DNA from: a virus
Virus record (IMG/VR): IMGVR_UViG_3300045988_101878
Coordinates: 11,226-75,225 of that record
Reading direction: 5' to 3' (one strand)
DNA length: 64,000 nt
A program made the translations under genes and the position numbers. This document shows positions 37,718-48,113 of the stretch, piece by piece. The notes below the pieces were generated by a model. That model searched no databases. It was not told the origin of the DNA and was given only the letters and a program-made list of their open reading frames with translations. Numbering within the stretch: the first letter of the stretch is position 1; each line of letters begins with the position of its first letter.

Positions 37718-39709
37718 ATGCTGAAAAAGATACCCACCTTATCACGTGTAATGCCGAGTTCGGGCAAGACATTCGACTCAGTAAAGAGACGAATGGAGAG
37801 ACAGAACGGCAGGAAGACGGACTATGAGCTGTTGCAGCGGTGTTGGCAAGCATGGAACAACCTGGAGGCTGTGCGCGTGACGCGAGACAGAGCAAAGAGA
37901 TACTGCTACGGAGACCAATGGGGCGACACGGTGAGAGTGTACAAGAACGGATACTACTACGACATGACGGAAAGAGAATACCTGAAAAGGAAAGGCTCTG
38001 TGCCGTTATCTAACAATGTAATGGTGTCGATATTGAACACACTTGTGGGAATGTATGCAAAGCAGGGCACGGAGCCAGTGTGCTTTGCAAGAACACGGTC
38101 GTCGCAAAGCCTGTCGGACATGATGTCGGCCACGATGCAATGCAACTGGCAGAACACACAGATGGAAGACCTGCTGAAACATGCGCTTGAGGACTATCTG
38201 ATAGGTGGCGTAATGGTGTGCAGAGAGACATACGAAGACAGGACACAGGAGATAGAAGACTCCTGGACAGACTACATAGAGCCAAACTATGTGTTTTGGG
38301 AAGGAGGCTCAGACCCGAGACACCTTGACCTGTCGCTGATAGGTGTGCTGCATGACGAGTCGGTGAACGACCTGTACAAGAAATTCGCAAGAGAAGAGTA
38401 CGGGCTAAGCATAGACGACTTGAACAGAATATTCGACATAGACCCGGACAACAGTCAGACGGAAGGGACTATGCACAATGACACAAACGACTTGTCGAAC
38501 ATATCATTCGACATACCGTCGAAACGCGGACATTACGTGAGAGTGATAGAAGCGTGGACAACGGAAACGAAATACAGATACCAATGCTATGACCCAATAG
38601 CGACAAACGAAAGCGACGCATACTTCCGCATAGAATGTGACGACAAAGTGTTGATATCAGAGTTGAACGCAAAGAATGTGGAGAGAAAGAAGCAGTATGA
38701 CTTGATGGGTGTGCCACCAGAAGACAGAGCCTATATCACGGCAAAGAAAGTGGCAGACAAGTATTGGTACTACACTTTTATGGCTCCAGACGGAACCGTG
38801 CTATGCAGAGGAGAGACACCATACGACTTCAAGTCGCACCCATTCACGGTGAAGTTCTATCCGTATGTGAATGGAGAGATACACCCATTCATGGGTAATG
38901 TTATTGACCAACAGAGGTATATCAACCGTCTGATCATCATGAATGATATGGCGATACGCTCGTCGGCAAAGGGACTGATGCTTGTGCCGACACAGGTATT
39001 GGACGGAATGACACCAGACGAGTTTGCGGAACAGGCAACGGAGTATGACGGAATAATGTTCTATACACCAAAGGCAACGCTGCCAAACTCAAGACCAGAC
39101 GTGATAACATCGAACGCCGTAAATCTTGGAACTAACGAGCTGTTGCAGATAGAGCTGAACTTGATGCGCGAGGTGTCGAATGTGTCGGGAGCGTTGCAGG
39201 GCAAAACTCCAACAGCAGGAACATCGGCATCGAGATATGCGCAGGAGTCGCAGAATGCCTCAACCTCGCTGTACTCGATATTGAAGGACATGGAATCGTT
39301 CACGGAATGCGTGGCGCAGAAGAAGTGCATGATGATAAAACAGTACTACGACAATGGACGACCTATCTTCAATAGAGACAATACATACCCGATGGAGTAT
39401 GACAGGTTGGCGGCAAGAGACATAATGTTCAAGATTTCGATAAAGAACGCTGCTGCAACAGCAAGCTATCAGAACAACATCAACGATAAGCTTGACAGAC
39501 TGTTAGAGATGGGAGCGATAAACATTGTGCAGTATCTGCAGAACTTGAACGAGCCGTTTGCGGACAAACTGTTGCAGGACGTGCAGAGCCAAGTGGAAGA
39601 CCTAAGAGCGCAGCAGGCGGAAATGGGACAGCAAGCACCACAGAACGGAGTTGTGCCGGGGGCGGACCAAGAGGCGGTAGAGAGAGCGCAGGGATATTTG
39701 ATGCAATAA
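37718..39709 (+). CDS. putative portal protein
   Basis: 663 aa. The size fits, and the N-terminal RYCYGDQWGD motif is common in portal proteins. It is the first gene of the plus-strand packaging operon. Confidence 0.6.
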   Translation: MLKKIPTLSRVMPSSGKTFDSVKRRMERQNGRKTDYELLQRCWQAWNNLEAVRVTRDRAKRYCYGDQWGDTVRVYKNGYYYDMTEREYLKRKGSVPLSNNVMVSILNTLVGMYAKQGTEPVCFARTRSSQSLSDMMSATMQCNWQNTQMEDLLKHALEDYLIGGVMVCRETYEDRTQEIEDSWTDYIEPNYVFWEGGSDPRHLDLSLIGVLHDESVNDLYKKFAREEYGLSIDDLNRIFDIDPDNSQTEGTMHNDTNDLSNISFDIPSKRGHYVRVIEAWTTETKYRYQCYDPIATNESDAYFRIECDDKVLISELNAKNVERKKQYDLMGVPPEDRAYITAKKVADKYWYYTFMAPDGTVLCRGETPYDFKSHPFTVKFYPYVNGEIHPFMGNVIDQQRYINRLIIMNDMAIRSSAKGLMLVPTQVLDGMTPDEFAEQATEYDGIMFYTPKATLPNSRPDVITSNAVNLGTNELLQIELNLMREVSNVSGALQGKTPTAGTSASRYAQESQNASTSLYSILKDMESFTECVAQKKCMMIKQYYDNGRPIFNRDNTYPMEYDRLAARDIMFKISIKNAAATASYQNNINDKLDRLLEMGAINIVQYLQNLNEPFADKLLQDVQSQVEDLRAQQAEMGQQAPQNGVVPGADQEAVERAQGYLMQ

Positions 39710-39726
39710 TATAAATATGTAGAGCC

Positions 39727-40242
39727 ATGCAAATAGCCATATATCTTGAAGATGTGAAGGAGGCCGTGAAACGGCAGCTGTCCATCATAGGAAAGCATCA
39801 TAACACGCAGAAAGGAGACACGCTGTTTTCGGTGACAACACTAAGCGGTGTGGAAGAAGCGGTTATGCAGCAGTGTATAATCGACGGAGCGCAGCTTGTG
39901 GTATCGAACCTTGCGCCTGTTTTGTCGGGGTATAGTGTAGGAGACCTGCCCGAAAAAGGGAAGCAAAAGGAAGGAGAAACCGTGCCATACATAAGCTTCG
40001 AGGTAAACACGACACGAAACAACAATGCACTATCGGGAGCGGCGCAGGACAGCGTAAAGTCGCTGCTCATTGCGTATGTGACACAATCGGTGTTGGCAAT
40101 GGTACTGCCAGAGCTTGCAGGAAAATATGCAACGGACGTGCAGACACAACTGTTTGCAGCAATGAGACTGATAATGACAAAGACACCACCAAGCAGTTCG
40201 GAGAAGACGCTTGCGGACTGTGAAGGGTCGGTTACGCTTTAG
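39727..40242 (+). CDS. hypothetical virion-module protein
   Basis: 171-aa ORF. Confidence 0.5.
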   Translation: MQIAIYLEDVKEAVKRQLSIIGKHHNTQKGDTLFSVTTLSGVEEAVMQQCIIDGAQLVVSNLAPVLSGYSVGDLPEKGKQKEGETVPYISFEVNTTRNNNALSGAAQDSVKSLLIAYVTQSVLAMVLPELAGKYATDVQTQLFAAMRLIMTKTPPSSSEKTLADCEGSVTL

Positions 40243-40269
40243 ATATTAACAAAACAAAAACAATGTATC

Positions 40270-41061
40270 ATGACTATCAAATTTCAGATTATAAAGTCCG
40301 TCATTATCGAAGCTGTAAAGGCGGCAACCTATCTTAAAGGCAAGATAGACGAGGCAGCAGCCCAGCCGGGACAAAGAACACCATACTTCGAGATAGCAGG
40401 AGACGACGAGGTGCATGAGCGCACGTTGGACAGAGACCTGACAACAGCACTCGAAAAGGCAAAGATAATCTTTGTGGACTACTTTGTGCCCACGGCTCAG
40501 ACTATAGGTGACAATGCCATATACTACAATGGCAAGACGAACGATATAGTGGAGTTTACGCTAAACGTGTCGCGAAGATACAACGGTTCGCTGACAGACA
40601 CGTTGGCAAGACTCGTGGCAAAGTTTGTGGAGGACTCGATGTGCTATGAATGGTGGTTGAAGATAGGCAACCTAAACCAGGCAGCACCGTATCAGTCGGC
40701 AGTGGCAGCAGACGAGCTTGCGATAAGACGCTGCTTCGTGCTGTCGGGTCCGTTAGTGCCGACAATCAATTTCCCCACAACACTCACGGCAAAGGTGGAC
40801 GGAACAGACGCGGAGGGCGAGATAACAATGCGTGTGGATGAAGACGCAACTGTGTCGTATAGCATTGATGCAGGGGCGGTGGATGATATTGAGGCGCGTT
40901 CGGGAGACCCAAGTGTTGTGGAGATAGTGAGAAACGAAGCACCAAAGACATTTATGCTTGTGCCACGGAACACGGGAGTGGCTGAGATAAGAATGTTCTC
41001 AAGACATACGGACAATGTGTATGTGGACTTCACTGTGATTGTAGCAAAGGAGTACTATTAA
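40270..41061 (+). CDS. hypothetical virion-module protein with an Ig-like C-terminus
   Basis: 263 aa. The C-terminal VSYSIDAGAVDDIEARSGDPSVVEIVRNEAPKTFMLVPRNTGVAEIRMF looks like a Big_2-type domain. Confidence 0.5.
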   Translation: MTIKFQIIKSVIIEAVKAATYLKGKIDEAAAQPGQRTPYFEIAGDDEVHERTLDRDLTTALEKAKIIFVDYFVPTAQTIGDNAIYYNGKTNDIVEFTLNVSRRYNGSLTDTLARLVAKFVEDSMCYEWWLKIGNLNQAAPYQSAVAADELAIRRCFVLSGPLVPTINFPTTLTAKVDGTDAEGEITMRVDEDATVSYSIDAGAVDDIEARSGDPSVVEIVRNEAPKTFMLVPRNTGVAEIRMFSRHTDNVYVDFTVIVAKEYY

Positions 41062-41073
41062 AATAATGTGGGT

Positions 41074-41679
41074 ATGGCAAAGGAATTTTCAGAATTGCAT
41101 CCGTTTATGGCTTCGAGGGAAAGAGGATGGACACCTACGGCAAATCCGCTTGAACCACAACCGCCACGGAGAGCATACGGACATAGCATAAAACACATCT
41201 ATATACAGGCAGACCAACTGTTTTATGATGTGGATGCTGTGACTTCACTGATAGACAAAGCTACACGGAAGACGCAGGGCGAAACCGAGGTGGCTACATC
41301 GGAAGCGGACTCGCACAGACCAATGTTCTACAGATGGTTTGACCAATATATAGCGTCGGTGGAAAGAATACTGTCGGCTTATGTGGCTAAGCCAGAAGGA
41401 GTGGCGAGGATGAACGGACTGAAAGAATGGTCGGAGAAAGAGATAATGTTAGTGATGCCGGACTATTGGGACGCGACGGTGTACGATGCGTTGGTGCAAG
41501 CCATTCATAGGTATGTGGTGGATGGAGCGTTGTATGAATACTTCTCTATCACGCTATCGTCGAAAGACCCAAGAACGATGGATAGGAAGCAGAACACATT
41601 GGATGGAGAGACGGAGATAAGAGGGCTGAGCTGTAGGGTTGTGCCGGGAACGTTGAGGAAACATTTGAATCCATTTTGA
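41074..41679 (+). CDS. hypothetical virion-module protein
   Basis: The track ORF starts at GTG 41068, and the first ATG is at 41074. Confidence 0.5.
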   Translation: MAKEFSELHPFMASRERGWTPTANPLEPQPPRRAYGHSIKHIYIQADQLFYDVDAVTSLIDKATRKTQGETEVATSEADSHRPMFYRWFDQYIASVERILSAYVAKPEGVARMNGLKEWSEKEIMLVMPDYWDATVYDALVQAIHRYVVDGALYEYFSITLSSKDPRTMDRKQNTLDGETEIRGLSCRVVPGTLRKHLNPF

Positions 41680-41745
41680 TGGGCGGTGTTGTAGCACCAA
41701 GGAACAGGAAGTGCGGAGGCATGGACAAGAAAGGAAAGGAAGATT

Positions 41746-42117
41746 ATGGTAAAGACATTGGACGACATACCTCTTATGTCGGAGAATAGGAAAAAGCTGT
41801 TGCCGAAAGGAAAGAAGGCACAGAAGGAATTTATCAGAGATTTGCTTTCGAGGAATCAAGATAAATTCGAAGAACTGTTTGAGGAGCTTGCGGAGCATGA
41901 CCCGAAAGCGTGGCTGCTGCTGTATCATGACATGCAGAAACATGTTGTGCCGAAGCAGTCGCAGGTGAATGTGTCGGTCGGTATAAACAAGGACTTCCAG
42001 GAATTGGTGGCGTTATCGACAACAAAGACAGATGATCCGTTGGCTATAGGGGCAGAGCCTGTGCCGAAAATAGAGGATGCGGACTATGAGGAGTTGAAAG
42101 AATACGAAGGATTATAA
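41746..42117 (+). CDS. possible small terminase subunit
   Basis: 123 aa. Called only from its position directly upstream of the large terminase. Confidence 0.3.
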   Translation: MVKTLDDIPLMSENRKKLLPKGKKAQKEFIRDLLSRNQDKFEELFEELAEHDPKAWLLLYHDMQKHVVPKQSQVNVSVGINKDFQELVALSTTKTDDPLAIGAEPVPKIEDADYEELKEYEGL

Positions 42118-42120
42118 AAT

Positions 42121-44259
42121 ATGACGACGATAACCGACCTTGACATAGATAAATTGCTTGCCGAAAACAAGAAACGACATGATGAGATTTTCGGTGAGTA
42201 TGACCCGTGGACGGGCGTGGGCTGTTATGACTTTAAGAACAGAGTGTGTCTTGAGATTCCAGACTTTATCATTCCGAAGATGTATGTGCCGAAAGAGTGC
42301 ATGAGAACCCTGCTGTATAAGAACTTGGAGCATTTCGGTTCGATAAAAGAAGTTCTGATACAAGTGCTTCACAAGGAGTATGACGAGGAATCGGAAGAAA
42401 CACAGAAGCTAAGACAGCTGCTGACCTTTGAGATATTCAAGGTGAGATTCAGAGAAGACCCAGAGTTTGCCTTATTCGTGACGGATAAGATTGAGGACAA
42501 GAGAACGGGAGACATGATACCGTTCAGACTGAAATATCCGCAGAGAAGACTTATCAATCTGTTTGAGGAGCTGAGACACAAGAAGAAGGCAATACGTGTG
42601 GTAATCCTGAAGGCACGACAATGGGGTGGCTCAACATTGACGCAGCTGTATATTAAGTGGATTCAAGACTTTCGGCGTGACGGTTGGAACGCCATTGTAC
42701 TGTCGCAGGTGAAAGGAACGTCGAAGAAGATTAAGGCGATGTACCGAAAGGCGGTGGAGAGACAGCCGGGATGGACGATTGGACACCCAGGAACACAGTT
42801 GATGCTATCGCCATACGAGAACTCACCCGACGACTTTATTGTGACGGATGGTAACAAGGCGTTGAGACGTTCGACGCTGACCATAGCCTCGTTTGATAAC
42901 TTTGATGCTGTGCGTGGTAACAACTTCCACTGTGCCCATTATTCCGAGGTGGCATATTGGAAGAAGACACCAGAGCATGACCCAGAAGGCGTAATATCTT
43001 CCGTTTCGGGCGGTATACATAATATAGAAGACAACGTAGAGGTGTTTGAGTCAACAGGCCGTGGAGCTTCGGGCTTCTTCTATGACCGTTGCCAGTTGGC
43101 AATGGACCCATCGAACAATGACGCATACGCATTCATCTTCATACCCTGCTTCATCATCGAGGACGACATGGAGCCAGTGGAGGACGAGAAAGAGTTCGCG
43201 ATGTGGCTTTTGAAGAACAAAGACCGCTCAACTTGTCCCAAGGGATATAGAGAGACAGGCAAGTTCTTTTGGCGAATGTGGGAGAAAGGAGCTTGTTTCC
43301 AGGCAATCAACTGGTACAGGAACTTCCGAAACAAATTCAAGACACACGCATTCTGTGCTACTGAGGCACCTATCGACGAGGAAGAGGCATTCAGAAACTC
43401 GGGCAACCTTGTGTTTAACCCCTACTCCATCGACGACTTGAGACAGGGAGAGGTGAAGAAACCAAAATTCCTTGCGGACATTGTTACTACTGGCGAGAAA
43501 TCGACGGAGGCGATAAAGAAAGCGAAGATTGCGATAAGGGAAGACGGAGAAGGCGAGTTGAAGATATGGAGTTTGCCGAACAACAAGATACTGCGCGTAG
43601 CTGACAGATATGTGGTGAGCGTGGATATTGGCGGCAAGTCTTCAACTTCGGACTATACCGTAATGACCGTGCTTGACAGAATGGGCATGATGCCGTCGAT
43701 GAAGGACAAGCCGCGTGTGGTGGCAAGATACAGAGGACATTGCAGACATGACGTACTTGCGTGGAAGGCTGCTGCTCTTGCACATTACTATGATGATGCG
43801 CTGCTTGTAATAGAGTCGAACACGGCAGACCGAGAGAAGAACAACAATACGGAGGGCGACCACTTCGGTTCAATCATCAACGAGATAGCGGACTATTATC
43901 CTAATCTGTATCAGAGACGTTCGTCGCCGGAGGACACGGCTGGCAATGTACTTGCCAAGTATGGATTCCAGACGAACAAGATAACAAAGGGATGGCTGAT
44001 AGACAACCTTGAGGCGTTTGTGGATGATAAGCTTTGGCATGAGCCGGACACGGAAATGTATCATGAGCTACGTATCTATGAGAGAAAAGAAGACGGTTCG
44101 CTTGGAAACATCGAGGGTTCGGGTAATCATGACGACGTGCTGATGTCAACGGCGATTGCGCTGTACGTGTCGACGCATGAAATGGAAATGCCGAAGTGGA
44201 GAACGACGGAGGGACTAAGAGGACATTCGGACGGAGTGAAGACGGAGGCAGCGATATAG
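42121..44259 (+). CDS. terL: terminase large subunit
   Basis: 712 aa. Contains a Walker-A-like ILKARQWGGSTLTQ, a DIGGKSSTSDYTVMTVLD nuclease-domain Asp, and a C-terminal GNHDDVLMSTAIAL. Confidence 0.85.
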   Translation: MTTITDLDIDKLLAENKKRHDEIFGEYDPWTGVGCYDFKNRVCLEIPDFIIPKMYVPKECMRTLLYKNLEHFGSIKEVLIQVLHKEYDEESEETQKLRQLLTFEIFKVRFREDPEFALFVTDKIEDKRTGDMIPFRLKYPQRRLINLFEELRHKKKAIRVVILKARQWGGSTLTQLYIKWIQDFRRDGWNAIVLSQVKGTSKKIKAMYRKAVERQPGWTIGHPGTQLMLSPYENSPDDFIVTDGNKALRRSTLTIASFDNFDAVRGNNFHCAHYSEVAYWKKTPEHDPEGVISSVSGGIHNIEDNVEVFESTGRGASGFFYDRCQLAMDPSNNDAYAFIFIPCFIIEDDMEPVEDEKEFAMWLLKNKDRSTCPKGYRETGKFFWRMWEKGACFQAINWYRNFRNKFKTHAFCATEAPIDEEEAFRNSGNLVFNPYSIDDLRQGEVKKPKFLADIVTTGEKSTEAIKKAKIAIREDGEGELKIWSLPNNKILRVADRYVVSVDIGGKSSTSDYTVMTVLDRMGMMPSMKDKPRVVARYRGHCRHDVLAWKAAALAHYYDDALLVIESNTADREKNNNTEGDHFGSIINEIADYYPNLYQRRSSPEDTAGNVLAKYGFQTNKITKGWLIDNLEAFVDDKLWHEPDTEMYHELRIYERKEDGSLGNIEGSGNHDDVLMSTAIALYVSTHEMEMPKWRTTEGLRGHSDGVKTEAAI

Positions 44260-44269
44260 GAGTACTGGA

Positions 44270-44287
44270 AGGACTAAGAAGTTCTAT
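44270..44287. repeat. 18-mer AGGACTAAGAAGTTCTAT (copy 2)
   Basis: An exact copy of 35963-35980. Confidence 0.5.
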
Positions 44288-44323
44288 AAGATGGTGGAGA
44301 CAGATAATTGAAAATTTATAGAT

Positions 44324-47005
44324 ATGCAGAAATCACTATCATATTCAAAGGGAATAACAACATCACCGTCGGGGATGCTGGCAGACGACACTGAGCTGGT
44401 AGAATCGGTGGGGATGGTGTATAAGGCAGGGGAAATGCACCCGATACAGAAGGCTAAGAAGATAGCGGAGTTGACAGAACCGTTAATCTTTGTGCATAAA
44501 GGACCTAATTATGATATGCTTATCACCTATAATGACGGTAGCGAGCATGAAGGCAAGTCGTGGATACATTGGTACAAGCGAAATGACGCGGGCGAAATCA
44601 CGGGGGATGGCGTTGTGAGCATTGGTCCGAATGTGCTGTCTGTAAATTCGGTGGGCAATACGCTTGTATTGGCAACGGACAAGGGACTGTATTATCTGCT
44701 GCTAAAAGGGGATGAATATGTGTTGCTTGGGTCTGAGTTGCCACGTCCGGTAGTGAAATTCAAAACGGTACATGAGGGGAATACGTTCAGTCTGCTTACG
44801 AAAAAGCCGCAGGCTTGCTATCTGTTGGGGTTTGTAGACGTGGAAAATGTAAATGCAGGATATGACAAGGATGGAAACTTTGTAGAAGAGCCTGTAGCGT
44901 CTACTGTCTTCCCATACAGTACAGACATGGTAGAATTTAAGGTTAAAGACGATAAGGTTGATGACTTCCAGACCGCTGTTTCGGGTCATGTGGCATTGAT
45001 ACAGAACCTTGTAAAGGAGAAGAATCGTTTCCTTTATCCATTCTTTGTGCGTTATGCCTTGCGACTGTTTGATGGAAGTTACGCACGTATATCTGCACCA
45101 ATAGCCGTATATCCTTCTGTGACGCGCAACGGTTATCTTACTTCCGTGGTGTGGTATAAAGGCGGATTTCAATACGACCGTGGCGCGAACAAGAGATTCT
45201 TGTATCTTGCTGATATGTTCAGTTTATATTATAAGGTGGTTATTCCAGGCATTGAGGATTGGAAGGATATTGTAAAAGAAGTAGTTGTCTTTGCAACGGA
45301 TGATGTAATGCCATTCCAGATAGACAAGGACTATCAGTTTGTGGAGCCAGCCAACTCTAACGGTTTTCAATATCTTAACTATGTAGGTTCGCGTTACCCA
45401 AACTTGAGTACGGGCAGAGCAGACATTACTACCACTATCAATTTTAATTATCACAGTCTTTATGCACGTTATATCATATTGCCTAAGGAGTTTAAAACGG
45501 AGCAGGAAATAATAGACGAGTTGCTTTCGCGCACACAATTCTACAAGCTATTTACAGTTGATGTGAATGGTATCAAGCAAGACAAACTTCTTGAGGCTCC
45601 CATAAAGAACCATGTTGTAACAAACCTCACTCAGCAGATGCAGCTGCCAAATGATGATTATTACGGATGGACATCAATGATAGCAGGAGAGGTGTATTCG
45701 TACAACAAGAGAATCAATGCGTTTAAAGTGAAGCGTGTGCCATTCAAGGGTTTTACCGGGTTTACCACCTATTCATCGAAGGTGTTGACTTATGGCAGAT
45801 ACAAATTCTATGTACATGTGGTGTCGGACACGATGGATGCTTGGGTGGAATCGGACAGTACAATTGAGATTGTAGACGTGCTTGACTCATGGTTTTATTA
45901 TCCAGACCCTAATGCTACAGAAGCCATCATTTGGGATCGCGACAACAACAAGGGACAGCTTTTGACGCTAAAACGACATGACATGCTGAACGGAGCATAT
46001 TCCTTCTATAGGCTTCCGCTATATGACAACTTTATTGCAGATGATACGGTAACTTTGCCAAAAGTTGACGCAAATGCCTATGAAGACTTGTCGTCGCAGA
46101 TATTCACATCAGTAGTGAACAACCCATTCGTATTTGAAGCCTCAGGAGACAACACTGTAGGGACGGGGTCAATACAAGGAATAGCGGCGAACACGGAGCC
46201 AATATCGCAGGGACAGTTCGGACAATACCCGTTAATCGTATTCACGACGGAGGGAATATACGGAATGTCGGTGAATGCAGAGGGTCTGTATGCTTCGTCA
46301 TATCCCATATCGAGAGAGGTGTGCAACAATGCGGCATCGATTACGCCAACGGGAAAATTGGTGTTCTTCACATCTGCGAAGGGACTGATGGCTGTGTCGG
46401 GCGGTACGGTAGCGTGCATGTCGGAACGGCTGAGAGGACGCAATCCTTCAAGGTTTGTGACATTAGGCGACGGAAACTTTCTTGGATTCTTAGACAATGC
46501 GCTACTTGCATACGACTACAGAGATTCGCTGCTACATATACTCAACACGAAAGAGAGTTATGAATATGTGTACTCGATTGCGGACAGGACATTCGCGAAG
46601 AAAAAAATGGGAGGCAACGTGATAGCAGTAGCGAATGCCTATCCAGATAACCTTGTGCAGCTTGCGGACGGATCGGTGCTCTCGCTTGCGTCGAAGCCAG
46701 ACATTAATATGGATGAAGAGCGTTATGAAGGAACGTTCACGACAAGACCGCTGAAGCTTGGCTCTTCATTGCAGCTGAAGACGATACATAGAATACTGCA
46801 TCTGTTTGACTCGGAAGATGGGACGATTGCGCTGAGGCTGTACGGCTCGAACGATTGCAGGAACTGGTGTGAGCTGAAATCGCTGCATGGCAAGCCGTGG
46901 AAATACTACACGCTGAGCTATGAGCTTGGCAATATGCTTGCGACGGATGCGTTTGCAGGAACAGTTGTGGACTTTCAGGCACTATTCCCGGACAAGATAA
47001 GATAA
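44324..47005 (+). CDS. large hypothetical protein (893 aa), probably virion-associated
   Basis: The last gene of the plus-strand packaging operon. No motif recognised. Confidence 0.5.
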   Translation: MQKSLSYSKGITTSPSGMLADDTELVESVGMVYKAGEMHPIQKAKKIAELTEPLIFVHKGPNYDMLITYNDGSEHEGKSWIHWYKRNDAGEITGDGVVSIGPNVLSVNSVGNTLVLATDKGLYYLLLKGDEYVLLGSELPRPVVKFKTVHEGNTFSLLTKKPQACYLLGFVDVENVNAGYDKDGNFVEEPVASTVFPYSTDMVEFKVKDDKVDDFQTAVSGHVALIQNLVKEKNRFLYPFFVRYALRLFDGSYARISAPIAVYPSVTRNGYLTSVVWYKGGFQYDRGANKRFLYLADMFSLYYKVVIPGIEDWKDIVKEVVVFATDDVMPFQIDKDYQFVEPANSNGFQYLNYVGSRYPNLSTGRADITTTINFNYHSLYARYIILPKEFKTEQEIIDELLSRTQFYKLFTVDVNGIKQDKLLEAPIKNHVVTNLTQQMQLPNDDYYGWTSMIAGEVYSYNKRINAFKVKRVPFKGFTGFTTYSSKVLTYGRYKFYVHVVSDTMDAWVESDSTIEIVDVLDSWFYYPDPNATEAIIWDRDNNKGQLLTLKRHDMLNGAYSFYRLPLYDNFIADDTVTLPKVDANAYEDLSSQIFTSVVNNPFVFEASGDNTVGTGSIQGIAANTEPISQGQFGQYPLIVFTTEGIYGMSVNAEGLYASSYPISREVCNNAASITPTGKLVFFTSAKGLMAVSGGTVACMSERLRGRNPSRFVTLGDGNFLGFLDNALLAYDYRDSLLHILNTKESYEYVYSIADRTFAKKKMGGNVIAVANAYPDNLVQLADGSVLSLASKPDINMDEERYEGTFTTRPLKLGSSLQLKTIHRILHLFDSEDGTIALRLYGSNDCRNWCELKSLHGKPWKYYTLSYELGNMLATDAFAGTVVDFQALFPDKIR

Positions 47006-47035
47006 AAAAACAGCGACTCATCACGAGCCACTGTT
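47004..47035 (-). terminator. intrinsic terminator of the rhomboid cassette
   Basis: The minus strand reads AACAGTGGCTC-GTGAT-GAGTCGCTGTT followed by TTTTTTT. The stem is 10 bp with 2 mismatches. Confidence 0.55.
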
Positions 47036-47081
47036 CATGGAAACTTCAAAAAGCATGAGTGCTAATTCCTTTAATTAAAAC

Positions 47082-47576
47082 CTATAACTCTTCTTTGCAA
47101 TATGACAAATATCTAAACCAAATATAACCTAAGAAATAACAATACAAGTGAAGCAATCCGTTGATATTGGGTATCAACATCATTATAAGAATCACGGGCA
47201 ATCCTGCCTTGATGAATCCCTTGAAGTCGCCTCGCTCGCCCCACATGATGCCGAACATCGCAAAAAGCAATCCCGACATTCCGACAGTAGGTTTGTCGGT
47301 AAACATTGGCAAAAAGCTCGCTGCAACGGCTACCAGATAACCGGATACAACATTCATCCGCTGTTTGATGCTCCATAAGACAAACAAGTTGGCAAGCATG
47401 TGCCATAGGTTGGCGTGCTGGAAACTGTAGGTGAGGTGGGGAATCAAGTTGTCGTCAGCTCGAAACCCCATACCTCTATGAAGAAGCGAAATGAAAATAC
47501 TAAGCGTTGTCAGCAGCAGCTTTGTTTTTGTGCCCACTACCATACACTTCACGATGTCGGAAATCCGTGCTACCAT
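47082..47576 (-). CDS. rhomboid-family intramembrane serine protease-like protein
   Basis: 164 aa with about 6 TM segments. FQHANLWHMLANLFVLW corresponds to GlpG FTHALMHFSLMHILFNLL. VGMSGLLFAMFG corresponds to the GxSG serine motif. NGLLHLYCYFLG corresponds to the TM6 histidine. The start is at 47576 or 47543. Confidence 0.65.
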   Translation of the reverse strand: MVARISDIVKCMVVGTKTKLLLTTLSIFISLLHRGMGFRADDNLIPHLTYSFQHANLWHMLANLFVLWSIKQRMNVVSGYLVAVAASFLPMFTDKPTVGMSGLLFAMFGIMWGERGDFKGFIKAGLPVILIMMLIPNINGLLHLYCYFLGYIWFRYLSYCKEEL

Positions 47577-47973
47577 AAGCTCTATACTTCACATGTATAT
47601 CTTTAACTGTGCGTGGCGACATGAAAAACTCGGGAGCAGGAAGAGAAACAAGTATTGGACATAGAAACCAAAGAGACTTGTTGACGTATTCCCTGCGCTG
47701 GGTGAGTTCCTTGAGGCGTTCGAAAAGCGAGTAATACATTCGTCGTTTGGAATCGCCTAAAGCGTCAACAACGGAATTGTCGCCTACTGCCATGCGTCGC
47801 AATTTCTCATAAGCCTCTTTCGCCGTGACGTAATACCGAGGAGCGGGGTGCTTGGCTGTCTTGACGTATGCATCCTGCTGACTCCAAGGTCTGTAGTGGG
47901 CACATACATCACAGTAGGCTGCCAGAAGAGCATCGCGCTGCATACGGGTAATATCGTAGTTCTGTTTTGTCAT
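47500..47973 (-). CDS. hypothetical protein upstream of the rhomboid gene
   Basis: I trimmed the track ORF to the ATG at 47973 (MTKQNYDITRMQRD...). A TATTTTTG -7 box lies 33 nt upstream. Confidence 0.45.
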   Translation of the reverse strand: MTKQNYDITRMQRDALLAAYCDVCAHYRPWSQQDAYVKTAKHPAPRYYVTAKEAYEKLRRMAVGDNSVVDALGDSKRRMYYSLFERLKELTQRREYVNKSLWFLCPILVSLPAPEFFMSPRTVKDIHVKYRAYGSTDFRHREVYGSGHKNKAAADNA

Positions 47974-48005
47974 GCGAATGATACGGTTTATGAGGTTTAC
48001 GGGTA

Positions 48006-48043
48006 CAAAAATACGCAAACTTGTGCGAATAAACAAGTTTGCG
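48006..48043 (-). promoter_or_regulatory. hairpin (48014-48043) abutting the -7 box TATTTTTG (48013-48006): a terminator/promoter junction
   Basis: The minus strand reads CGCAAACTTG-TTTATTCGCA-CAAGTTTGCG-TATTTTTG. The ATG of the next gene is 33 nt downstream. Confidence 0.45.
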
Positions 48044-48113
48044 TACAAGGAATTAATAATAATTTAGCTATCTTTTCTTTTTTTATTGTATCGCCTTCAT
48101 AATACCATTATTA

